From Antedon mediterranea (lineage: Eukaryota > Animalia > Echinodermata): 64,000 nucleotides of DNA. A program made the translations under genes and the position numbers. Below, one piece after another: positions 22,143 to 35,600 of this stretch; the first letter of the stretch is position 1; the number at the start of each line of letters is the position of its first letter. The notes beneath the pieces are model-generated. The model saw only the letters and a program-made list of their open reading frames with translations. It made no database searches and had not been told where the DNA came from. The stretch lies in NCBI RefSeq assembly GCF_964355755.1, contig NC_092672.1, positions 33,858,437 through 33,922,436 on the forward strand, in the 5' to 3' direction.

Positions 22143-23910
22143 TTCTTTAGATTCATAACAAAAAAAAACCGCTGCTTAGCCGTATATTTACTGTACACGG
22201 TAAATATAGTCCAGGCCTATAGCTTAATTTTAATTTCTGGATATTTCCGGAACAATTATGATTGAAATATAAAAATTGCATATTTTGTTAATTATTATAT
22301 AAACTACTTAAAAGTACTTTCTTGAAATTGAACTTTTCGTAGTCCTATTTTGATGATATTAAAAATAGTTGTTCAGAAATATCTTCTTGTTGTCAATTAA
22401 TCATCGACGCAAACAATCAATAGAACAATCAATCTGCGCATACGTCGTCTGCATGTGTATCGTTTTGTTCATTCCCAACTTTCTATAAAGGGCCACGGTA
22501 AAAGACATGGTGATCAAAGAGCGTGTTTGTTTGATTGGCAGCAGTGCTTTAGCGCGTTTGGATAATCGTTTGATCTCACCGCTGATGCATATCCTTGTGC
22601 TATGTTATCCATGGTAGACCTACAAGGACCGATGACTTGATATGATGTTTCCATTCCATTTCAAAATAACCCTGGTCAAGCCAACAAAACGAAAAAATGA
22701 AATTCATCTAAGACGTAACGCAAGTGAGTTAACCAATGACAGGCGATGGTTCGAATAATCTATCGCTTGTGATTGTTCAAATCTTTAAGTTGCGCAGTGG
22801 CTATGAGAAACAATTAGGCATTCAAGTATGTCGAAAAGGCTAAAAACGTCTAAGGTCTCCGGCGTCGGAATGTCACTTAGGGTTGCTAAACCACGGGCGT
22901 CAGGCATCTGTGTTGCGCCACTGGTCCGGTTAAACGCTATATAAGCTTTAAAATGTTTTCATATTCAAATACATTACATTTTATTTATATTTTAAATAAA
23001 GTTCACGATACTAATTTTAGTGTTAACCTGTTACCAAATAATATGCTATGTTTGTTATTTTTATTTATTGTTGACATGTTTCCGTCGTTCTGGACGACCG
23101 TTACTGCTTGTTTGTTATTTTAGTATTCATGTTCATGTTTTTGGAGAATATATAATTTATTATTTTCAAAACGCATAGTTAACAATCGTTTAATAGGCGT
23201 AGTGTGTAAATGGTCATAAGGAATAACATCTATATGTTGTATTACCGTTACCGCTCGCCTGTGTAAATTGACCTTTAGTTGGCTTTTACATTTTGTTTTT
23301 CATACGCGAAAACATTCATTCATTTTATTATTCCACATTTAATAAATCATAAAATATAGTTTATTATCAAAAAAATCCATAGGAGCCAACTTAATAACTA
23401 TCTGATGTATATTGATGGTTAAATATTTCTTGTAAGGTTTTTAATGATTTTGTTTAAGGATAAATTATTCCAAAAAAAAGGTCCGTTAAAAATAAAGGAG
23501 TTTTTCCTGAGGGAACAAAAAGCTGAACATGCATTAGAACTATTATTTATCACCAGTCATTAGATATCACTTTTCCATTAGGTAGAACCATGGAGAAATA
23601 AACTTATTTCTCCATGGTAGAAGCAAAGAGATGGTACAACTAATACCCAGTCGCAAGTGATGCGTAAGTAACCAATCAAATGGCAAGAATACACTCGTGT
23701 GTGTTAAATGTTGTTTATCAACTTCTTGTACTTTTAAATACGCAATAGTCACCACCGTTTTTCCGCAGTGCAATCGCGGCGCCTATGCTTATAATACAAT
23801 GTGGTGTTGTTTTTTCTATTATATACAGACGCTTGCTAAGTGTAGTAAGTGTAAATTTGGCGTTTAAATTTATTTATATAAACATTTTTTCAGTCATTTG
23901 CTCCCCTTTA

Positions 23911-23968
23911 GGTGGTGTTACTGAACTAGTACAATCACTCGACGAATCGGACGCAGCATCAACTATAA
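23911..23968 (+). pseudogene. Orphan fragment of subtype-A exon 6 (GGVTELVQSLDESDAAST)
   Basis: Matches 18249.. and 46075.. including the acceptor CCCCTTTAG. A second orphan copy lies at ~58742-58800. Confidence 0.8.
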
Positions 23969-24402
23969 CCGATATACAGCATTATCTAATGAATAATTTA
24001 TTTGCGATAATCACCATATGTTGTTTTATGTTTATCTTCATTATAAATAAATATTTATTGTAAACATAGTTTATAGCATGTAGATTTAAAACAAGGCCAT
24101 AAACATGGCTGCAGTCGATCGCGTACTCAAGTTAGTGTTTACCGACCGACCAACCATCCGACCGACATAGTGAGCGACTAAAAAGGTTTGTTTTAATGGT
24201 CATAAAATAGAGGCATATTGTATAAAGGTTTGTGCAGTCATTTAGTTACGTTAGAGTAAAGTCACAGTCACGAAAACGGTCAGTGTGTAGCTAGATATAC
24301 AGACGCTTGCTAATTATATAGTATATATATTTAATGGTTTGTAAAGAAACACTGCAGTTTAAAGACAATTCGTGAAGAACTTTATGCCAAAAGGAACAAA
24401 AG

Positions 24403-27400
24403 ATGTTCGAAACCAAGATATTTCAACTTGCAGTCTCGTGTCTTGTTCTACTGCCGTTAACTAATTGTTACGCGTATGTGGAATGTGATATCAAGCCACC
24501 AGAAACGTCACCTTCTCACTTCTACGGACACGCTAACACAGCAATGTCAAACGAACTTGGCAACTACAAGGCAACCCAATACGAGTGTATGCAGCTTTGT
24601 CGAAAGGACGCACGTTGCCTAGCTTTTACGTACGCTGCTGATACGCAAGGGTGCGCGACGTTTGATCGGGATAGCGTCACCGGACCGGAACACATGGAGA
24701 CGGTATCTGGTGTCTGGTTCTATGACATGCGACGAAAAAGAAAAGATTTTACTCGGGTAAGTTTAAAATGGAGTTTTCTCTTTCTACCCCATGTTTTTAA
24801 GTTTGTTGTGCGCTTTCTAATTTTGTTAATCTTACGATTTCCTTGGGATGCTAAGGCGAAAATGTTAGAATTTGTTTATTGGTTATAGAATTACATTGGG
24901 GCATGCCAAGCAAAAAACAAATGCGTCAACGGAGGCTTGTGTGTCAATGACTGTTCAGAACTGGGATACACCTGTGTATGTCCAACAGATTTTTACGGGA
25001 AGTTTTGTGAAAACAGTAAGTACAGTCCATAGTCTTCTCTTGCCTAAAGCTCTGTCTACACTAATATGGTAGTGATATACCCAAATATGGTAGTGATATG
25101 ATATCATAATGACCATATGGGCATATCACATTTTTTTCACATAAAGTTTTATAGTGTAGACAGAATAATAACCTGTTTTCTACTAGGCGAATTTAGTCAC
25201 GTGTATGCAATCGTTTCGCAGAGATATCGCGCTACCCTTTTCTAGTAGACGCTTCTTTCCGCGTGAATAAAATCGCGGAAGAAAAGAAAAGAAAAAGCGG
25301 AAAACAGGCTTAAATGGTCTTTCAAACTTGTTTTCACGTCCGGCGCTCCACGCGGCTATGCACCAATCGATATGCGCATAGCAACGAAACATTGACGTTC
25401 GATAAAACATTATTTTTTAAAGTTTTTTTAATCATTAATTCTGTACTTTGGATATCAAACAGAAATCGATGAAATTAGACCCTAGCTATCACCTTGTTTA
25501 TTAAATTTACAGTTGGTTATGCAGACCATTCTTATTTAGGCCGTGTATAATTTTAGCAGAGTTAAGCTCTCTGACACTTTAGATTGAATCTTTCAGAATT
25601 TATCCACGACTATGAGTTTAAATCAAACATTGTTGGTATATCATCAGCAAGCAATACGGCGTTCACACACAAGAACAAACATTATCTTGTGATTGGCGGA
25701 TTGTAAGTATCTTGAACTCGGACAAAAGGAATAAAATAACAAGTAAAACAAAGACCCAACGCTATTCTTTAGGGCTATACTGTGTAACCTCTATTGTCAT
25801 GCAAAGATGAGGAATGGTTCTCGAAACTCAAATTCAAGACAGTTTTTAATTAAACGCCTTTTTATACTATTATTCTTATCTGTAATTTTGTTTAATGATT
25901 ATAATTATTTTATTACGTGAAATCATTCAAACGCCTTGGTTCCCATTTGCGTCCAACACAAAGACGAAGACGCAACGTAATTGATTTGACCAATCACAAG
26001 CGATGGATTGTACGAACTGTCTTTTGCCATTGGTCAATTGGCTTGCGTTGCGTATTATGTCCTTGCATTATAAGGGAACGGTCTGGAAACATTTGGAGTA
26101 TTGAGGCGAGGTATTTTTTTTGTTTACATTTCAGTGATGGTTCTTGTGGAACTCCAATATACAGATACAACAATACTAATAAACTGTATGAACATTACCA
26201 AGATTTGACTGGAACAAGTGATGTACAAAAAGTGGAGAATTTTAAAATAAATGAAAAACTCTATATTTTGTTTGTTGCGGACAGCAGAATAGTTTACGTC
26301 TACACATTTAACTCACAAACAGGTAAGGGTACTCTACTAATTATTGTATATTGATTGATTGATATTGATTTATTGATTGGCATTAATTGATTGATATTGA
26401 TTGATTGATATTGATTGGTTGATTTATATTGATTGATTGATATTGATTGATTGATATTGATTGATTGATACTGATTGTATAATATATAATGTACCTCACT
26501 TTTTCGTTTTTCTGTCCAACTTACTCTGAAACATCCATCTTCACACACCCCTTTAATTTTTGTTCTATAAAAATATGTAATTTTATTCGTTTAAGGTTTT
26601 TTCGAACAACATCAAGCGATGGCAACACATGGCGCATGTGATGTATCGTATTTAGAATTGACTATAAATCATTATTTACTTGTGACTAACGGAACATCAT
26701 ACGAAGTGAACTCAAAAGTGTATAAATGGAATTTTACCAGTAACCTATTCGTGGAGTATGCTCAGCTACCAAGTATTGGGTCTCTGAGTGGTAAACTATT
26801 CTCAGTCGATGGTATAATGTACGTGGCAATAGCAAATATAAACGGAACAGCAGCAGCAGCAGCTCCAGAGGTTTGGAAAATAAAAGAAAACTGTAAGTGA
26901 TATAATGTTAATAATTTTATTTCCTTTCAGTTACATTATCATATAATGTACCTCATTTACGATGACCAAATATATAGCTTGTCTCTTATCTGTGAATGTT
27001 TGTAAGGTGATGGTTAGTGGTGTTACGCATTGACGCCATATGGTGCTTACGCGAGGCAAGGTATCATACATTATCAGTGAAAAATGCTAATTTATCGATT
27101 CAAATACAGGATATGTTTTTTATAGTTAATACAGATTTAAATAATGGTTTTAATGAATGGACTCAAGAAAATGATACGTCATCAATGGGTAAGTGCGTAC
27201 AGGTTTGAGATTTAACGAAACAAATATTTCAAACATAAACAACGATTTGTCTAACATGAATTGGACTGGTGTTTATGGTACGGATGATCCTAATATTGCT
27301 TTACTTTCATTTGAAACTGAATTCAAACGACTGTATGATAAACATTTTCCAATTCAAGAGCAGTCTGCAGGGAAAAAAAAAATAAAGACCTGGATGACGG

Positions 27401-29589
27401 ATGAACTCTTAAATTCAATAAAGCATAAACAAAAACTGTATTCCAAATCCCTCCGCTATCCGAATGACAAAAACATAAATGAATATAAGCAATTCCGTAA
27501 CTCCCTTAACTCTTTAATAAAATTAACAAAACGCGATTATTATGAAAAAAAGTTTAAGCAGCAGAAAGATAATATCAAAGGAACATGGACAATTATAAAT
27601 AGTCTCATAAAAACGAATGAAAGTAAGCATTTCGAAGAGTCCACTATAAATTGCGAAGGAAACTTAACGAATGATCCCAACATAATTTCAAATCATTTAA
27701 ATAATGTTTTTGTTAATATTGGACCTACTCTCGCCAAAAATATAGACACATCTAATGCAAATTTTAAGGATTACCTCCCTCCGCCATCCATAAATTCTTT
27801 ATTTCTCAATCCTGTGACTGCTTTTGAGATTATGGATATTGTTATGCGCCTCAAAAATAGTAAAGCACCTGGCATTGATGATATTAACCCGTCTATTATT
27901 AAACAACTTATCCCTTTTATTTCCGAACCCCTCTGCTACATTTTCAATCTTTGTTTTGTAAACGGCACCTTTCCTGACACCCTTAAACTAGCTAAAGTAA
28001 CTCCTATTTTTAAAACTGGTGACAAATCTGATTCCAGTAATTACCGTCCTATATCAGTGCTACCGATCTTTTCCAAAATACTTGAACGCCTTATTTATGA
28101 TCGAACATACAATTATCTTCAAAAAAATAGTATACTTTACAATAAACAATTTGGCTTTCGTAAGAACTATAATACATCCACCGCACTTCTTCAATTAACA
28201 AATGAAATTGTTGGGGCTTTCGAGAGGGCTGAATTTGCCATTGGTATTTTCATTGACCTCTCGAAGGCCTTTGATACAATTGATCACGATATTTTATTAT
28301 ATAAGTTACATACTTATGGAATCCGTGGCCCTGTATATAATTTATTCAAAAGCTACCTTTCAAACCGCAAGCAATGCACTAAATTTAAACACACCCTTTC
28401 TGATTTTCTTCCTATTATTTGTGGAGTTCCTCAAGGTTCCCTGCTTGGGCCTCTATTATTTTTATTATACATAAATGATATCCATAATGCCTCAAATATG
28501 TTTTCTTTTCTGTTGTATGCTGATGACACAACCCTTATTTACACTGATAAAAATATAGATTCCCTTTTTAAAATATCAACCGAAAATCTACCCAAAATTT
28601 TAACATACTTTTCTGCAAACAAACTTTCTGTTAATCTAAAAAAGTGCTGTTGTATGGTGTTCAAAAATTCACAAATACCACTAAATACTAGTACTTTTAA
28701 ACTAAAAATTAAAGATCAATTAATACCTATTGTTGAGAAAACTAAATTTCTTGGTGTTTATCTGGACTGTAAGCTAAATTGGAAACATCAGATTACTCAA
28801 GTCGAAAACAAAATATCCAAAAGTTCTGGTATCATATATAGATTATCATCTTTCATCCCTCAAAACATACTCCGGATTCTTTACTGTTCACTAATCCTCC
28901 CTTAACTCACTTACTGTAATATTATTTGGGGTAATACATACCCGTCCTACTTAAACAAACTGTTATTGATCCAAAAGAAAACCGTAAGATACATTGCAAA
29001 TGTTCCTCCTTTATCCCATTCCAATTCTTTATTTTCTTCATTTGGTCTTCTTAAAATTCAGGATATTAACCATCTTCAACAAAGTGTTTTCCTCTATTCA
29101 TGGCTAAACTCGATCCTGCCATCACACTTTAATGATTTATTTAGTTTCAATCTTAATTTTCATAACCACAGTACTCGGAGCGCAAATCAAATACGTATTC
29201 CTTTTTTTAAAACTACTTCTTTTAAACATAGCATTAAGTTCACTGGTCCTAAACTTTGGGATAACGTACCAGCTAATATAAAAAGTGCTTTGTCTAAGAA
29301 GAGTTTTTCTTTTAAATTGAAACGGCACCTCTTATCTAGTTATGTTTAATTATCCTTTCACTCATTGTAGTTTTGATATTTAGTCTTTTCGGTACCCTGA
29401 ATCTAAAAGTCTTCATTACTGTTTTTGTCCTGTTTCCGGTTCCCGTGTTGTCCTGTTTTTTTTTTTTTTTTCATTTTCTATGGGCTGCCTTATACAAGCT
29501 TTGCTTTTTAGGAATGTTGCCCCTCTTATTTTAATCATTTTTACTGTTAATTTTTATTTTCTATGAAAGACAAGAGAAATAAATGTTAC

Positions 29590-29623
<34 letters not shown>

Positions 29624-32600
29624 ATAGAAACGTATTGTAGTGATCCATCCTAGAGTTTGGTTGCAAAGGAAGCACTTCCGGTTCCTTGAGATCTAATGAA
29701 TATACTAAAACCATGGAGAAATAAGAGTTTGGTTGCAAAAGAAACAATTCCGGTTCATTGAGATATAATGAATGTACTAAAACTAATTCTATTTTAATAC
29801 AGTAAAATATTTTTAAAGACCCATTGCCTACAAGTTGTGACTTTTTGTAAAAATAATGCATATATATGCTTTAAAATCATTAAACCAGGTCATTCCTTGT
29901 CCTAATTGTACGTTTTATGGTATGATAAGAAGAGAGAAACAATGCACTACCCAAGTAGATCGCGGTAAATGTTCTCTCGTGGACGGTCTTTAGGCCTAGC
30001 CTAGCTAGGCTTGTTTTGTAGGCCTAGCTGGTAAACATCGCTAAAATGATTAGAATCGACTTATTTTTCACATTTTTAGTCGCATGCAACGCGACTCCAC
30101 AGCTCACTATGTCGGTCGGCTGATCGTCGGTCGATTGGTCGGTAAACACTAACTCAAATTTGAGCACGCGACTGCAGCCATGTATATGATCTTGTTAACC
30201 GTTAAAAGAAGAAAAAAGGTATCTGAATAGGACCATAGTATCTACTTTTACATTAAATGTAGTTTGTGACCTTTAGATCTATAAAACGTATGGAATGGGA
30301 CTTTAAGTTTCGGCAAAACAAGCATCATAGAACTCGAATTCTCTGTTGTTTAGTTTGTTTATTTCCAAATACATAGAGGATTGTCATTTGTTTATTGTTT
30401 CACTTTTTCAGTTTTACTCCAATTTATGTTTTATTTAGTACCGTTTTTCTTAGTTAAAACAGATTTCCAGACAGGTTTTGATAGCTGGGCTCAAGAAAAT
30501 AATGATGACTTTGATTGGACACGGATGAACGGTGCAACAGGCTCAATAAACACTGGACCAACAAACGGCCATACAGGAGGTACAGAAAAGTTTGTAGGTG
30601 CTAGTGATTGGAGTTATTGGTTATTCTATTTTTAATACAGTTAAATATATTTGTACTCAATTTCAAAATACCATTTTGTTTATTCGAACATACTTAGGTG
30701 ATTATTATGTTTATATTGAAACAACATCGCACACAATTGGGATGTCAGCTCGCCTAAGAAGTCCATTGTTATCATCAGGGCAGCAGATATCTTTATCATT
30801 CTACTATCACATGTACGGAAATACTATTGGAACACTCAATGTTTACAGAACGTCAAACCTGGGTGACGAACTGTTATGGTCAAGAAGCGGTAACCAAGGA
30901 GATTCATGGCGTTATTCTGGTACAATACAATGTACACACAATGGTTATGGAAACAACTACATTGTGTTTGAAGCAATTAAAGGGAGTTCCCATACTGGTG
31001 ATATTGCAATTGATGACATTCAATATAATGATGGTATGTAACTTTGAAATGTTGTGATATATTTGTTTAAAGATTATGGAATTACAGTACTGTTATTACG
31101 GTACATATTACTAAAATAAAAAAAAAACATCTTGTAACCCATTTCTTCTGGTACAGGTCTGGTAGCCGGAGAATAAATCTTGTAAAAGAATAGAATATTT
31201 TACACACAATATCTTGCGTCTACGGGTTGTGGCCAAAATCTACAGCCCAGGGTTTTTGTCCATTTATGCTTATTCTGTATGAACATTTTCTTTATAGTTC
31301 AAACAGATTTCCAGACAGGTTTTGATGGCTGGGCTCAAGTAAATAATGATGGGTTTGATTGGACACGGATAAAAGGTGCAACGAGATCAACAAACACTGG
31401 ACCAACAGACGGCCATACAGGTACATACAAGTTTGTAGGTGATTGGAGTTATTGGTAACTCTATTTTTGATACAGTACAGTAAAATATTGTACTAAATTT
31501 CGAAATACCATTTTGTTTATTTCAACAGATTATTATATTTATATTAAAACATCAAATCCAATAACTGAAGGGATGTCAGCTCGCCTGAGAAGTCCATTAC
31601 TATCAAACAGCCAAAGTACTGTATCTTTATCATTCTACTATCACATGTACGGAGCTACTATTGGAAAACTCAACGTTTACAGAACGTCGAACTTGGGAGA
31701 CGAACTGTTATGGACAAGAAGCGGTAATCAAGGAGATGTATGGCGTTATTCTGGTGCAATACAATGTACATACAATGGTGATGAAGAAAACTACATTGTG
31801 TTTGAAGGCATTAGTGGAAGTTCCAATACTGGTGACATTGCTATTGATGACATTCAATATAATGGTGGTATGTAACATTAAAATGATGTATTTTTTTGTT
31901 GAGATTATGGGATTGCATCACTGTTTTACTACAGTACATATTATTAACAAATAAAAAAGAATGTCTAGAAAACTCACATATCTAGTTTCTAGTTTATTTC
32001 TGCTATTAGAAAAATCAGACAAACTAAATAAATTGTTCCATTAGTAATCAGAGGGACTAAAACAGTACTATATACCTTTTTTACTTGGCAAATTAGAATC
32101 TTTCTTAAGTTGCTAATAAGTATAAGTATAGTACTTACTCTGTTTGTTCACACGATGCGTCCACAATTTATCGTCTTGAATAACTGATAAACTGATAAAA
32201 ATACTTTATTGCAACTTTTGGGTTGAATTATACAAAAATATATACTTATACTTAAATAAAAAAATATATCAAATCCATCAACGATATAAATCAAATAACA
32301 CAAAAACATCGAACAACAGACAAACTGAAGTCAAGTCAGGGAACGAAGCGACTGTGCAGGGATATATATGTATGCTTACCACTTGTGAAAGAGACCAAAG
32401 TTTACAATAAAATTTTTTGATCGTTCCGTTTTTATTTTTGGAATGCAAAATTCTTTAACTTGTCTTAAATTGTATCTAGATTTGGGCGCTTTTGGAAGAA
32501 GGTGATGTAGTCTATGGGAAGGGTTTTTAAGTTTCTGATAGTAATCCTTGCACAGTCTAGTTCGACGTTCACATAGCACAGGCACATTACATTGAGCCAT

Positions 32601-35600
32601 TGCTTTGTTGTAACTGAGCTCTGGGAACGTGATTCTAAGCGCCCTTCGTTGGATACTTTCCAGTTGGTCAGACTGCAATTTAGTTAAGCACGTTCCCCAA
32701 ACGGGGACGGCGTATTCTAGTACAGGTCTGATAACACAACAATAGAAATAGCATAAGGCTTGGGCGTCTAGACCTGACCGGCGCAATTGTTTAAGGAAAT
32801 ATAACCGTGAGTTTGATTTAGCTATCAAAGACTCAATATGGGGTTGCCATGATAAATTGTCACATATAATAATTCCAAGGAGCTTAGTACGGCAAACCTG
32901 GTTAACACTACATTTATTAATAATTAGAGGATTAAATATCGACTTGTTTTTCTTACAACTCACAATTAATTCACATGTTTTTTTAGCATTGAGGGTCATA
33001 TGGTTAAGCCGAGTCCATGCAAGGGCCGAGTTAGCTATATTTTGCAAGTTACTATTGGACAGTTTAGACACCCTTTCGAATACAGTAGTATCATCCATAA
33101 ATTTAACACATGGTTTACCATTTAAAAGGTCATTGATAAAAATAATAAACATAATAGGGCCAATCCACGACCCCTGGGGTATGCCTCCGTTTGGCGATAG
33201 CCATTCAGAAAGACTATCACCAATTTTAACACGTTGTTGTCGGTTATACAGGAAGGCATTAACCCATCGGATCAGGTGACTATCAACCCCCAGCGCAATG
33301 AGTTTGTTTAAGAGAATGTTGTGGTCGATCAAATCGTAGGCCTTTTTAAAATCCAATAATAAAACTCTAACCTCTTCGCCCGCATCAGTGGCAAGGAAAC
33401 AAACATTAAGGAATTCAATTAAGGCGTCAACCGTAGAAACACCTTTACAACAACCAAATTGGTTTAGGTTAATCTTATCCTTAACTTGGTGCCAGATCAT
33501 TTCGCCCACTAGGCTCTCAATTACCTTTGCCATTATAGGAGTTAAAGCTATTGGGCGGAGATCACTTTCGACCAACTTTGGGGGAAACACTTTTGGGATT
33601 GGGACAATATTGGCTCGTTTCCATTCTTGGGGAACCCATCCGTTTCTAACACTTGAGTTAGCAATAGCACATAAAGGACCACTAAGAATCTCAGCACCCT
33701 CTTTAAACACCCGGGGGGGAAGGTCATCTGGACCAGGGGCTTTATTACATTTAATTTGATTAAGTTTAATCCTGACAGTTTCCAGCTCTATGATAAGGTG
33801 ACTAGGGATTTCATCAATATCTAATAGTGGATCTAGGGGAGGGAGGGGGTTAAATTCCGTGGTCAATGAGGCAAAAAATTGATTAATTTTATTTGAAAGC
33901 AAGGTATTATTGCCGTTACACAGCAAATTTGACATTCCTACAAGTGCATGATTTTCTTTGCATCCTAGATTGAGAAACCTTTTGGTGTGTTTCCACCAGG
34001 ATCGGGAATCCGAATTCAAGAGCTTAGCTACATTGTTTTTGTAAAAAGATTTACGTAGGGATTTTGACATCCGGTTAACTTTGTTTCTCAGTGAGCGGAA
34101 CTCAATAAGATTTCCTTCCTTAAAAGCAATTTGACGTTTACGAATAAGATTCTTGTATTCGGAAGTAACCCAGGGTTTATCCATCACATACTGTGTTAAG
34201 GGAACAAGGGGAAAATGATGGTTATATAAAGATTGTAACTTATCATTAAAAAACTTAAATTGACTATAACAATCATTTAACTTATACATATCATGCCATC
34301 TAATACTACAAATGTCCTCAAAAAACAAAAGTTTATTGTTCAGTTTAAACAACCTCTTAAGGCTCTTGTTAGTGTAGTAGTGATCAAGTTTCACATTTGC
34401 GACCGGCTTGCAGATAACTACCCTATGGTCCGAAAGGCCAAGAGGAGGCTCGGTGATAGGGGCCAAATAAAACTCTCCCAATGACGTATAAAACAAATCG
34501 AGAATCGCTTCCTTTCTTGTGGGTATTTTAACTAGTTGCTTTAGCGGGAACTTTACCAATTTATAGTCCTTCATGCGGTTAAAATCACCAGTAATCACGA
34601 TGCCGGTTTCCGGGTGCTTTGAGCACACATAATCAAGACTGTGAATAATATGGTTGCACATTTCTAAATCATTTGAATTTGGAGGGTGGTAGATCAATCC
34701 TATGGTTATATTCGCGATTTTGCGTGGCAAGCGTTTGGGACGAATGGTTATCCATATACTCTCGAATGCTTCATCCTTAATTTCTGACCAAACTTTATAA
34801 GGAATTGAGTCTTTCACATATACGACTACTCCTCCGCCTCTTCTATCGCCTGGTCTATCTGATCTAATAAGAGAGTAGCCTTCAATTTCCACAATCGTAT
34901 TTAAAATAAATGGTTTGAGGTGAGTTTCCGTAATTGTAATGATGTCGTAGGCAGATTGTTTAACTCTATGGACAAGTTCGTCCATTTTGTTTGGTAGCGA
35001 TAGAGCATTAGTACTAAAAAACGAAGGAAAATTCCACCCAGTATATTGTTGAGCGAGATGAACAAGGTTGTTAGGGTTACATCCACTGGAACCTTTTCCA
35101 CACTGCCTATGGTTATGTCTTGAGGATATCCTAACTGGTATTACTCTCTGTTTGAATCTACCTCCACGACAACCGCGATGGTGGGTGGCTAGAATTCCCA
35201 GCTCTTTAAGAGAAACGAATACATCCTTGCTTAGTTTAGCGTCGGAATGCTTATAGCCTGCGATACGCTCTCTACTGAAACACATTGTTATGCAAATGAG
35301 GATCACTGGAATGCTCCGTCAGGACAAGCCTCTCCACCACTGCAACGTTTCCGGCGAATCCGAGATGTTATATGTACCAACAATGGGCCTAGCTTTAGTA
35401 CAGTTCCAACTTGACAATTTTAAGACAGCACAAACAAAGTTTCACCAAACAAATCACATCACCACAAACAGACAGTTAAATGCAAACAGAATGTTTTGGT
35501 GTTAATAGGTATAGGCCTATCACTTACAGAACACGCTTTAAATGTATTCATTGGTGACGCCACAAAACTCTACATTAAATCTGATATAGTGCAATCCATT

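Noticed and set aside
27193-29349. RT next to variable paralogous repeats as a diversity-generating retroelement
   Set aside because: The RT is an ordinary truncated LINE with a 3' tail. There is no template/variable repeat pair with adenine-specific differences.
32857-35505. Plus-strand ORFs overlapping the LINE, including a possible ORF1
   Set aside because: They are antisense to the APE-RT ORF and show no ORF1-like features.
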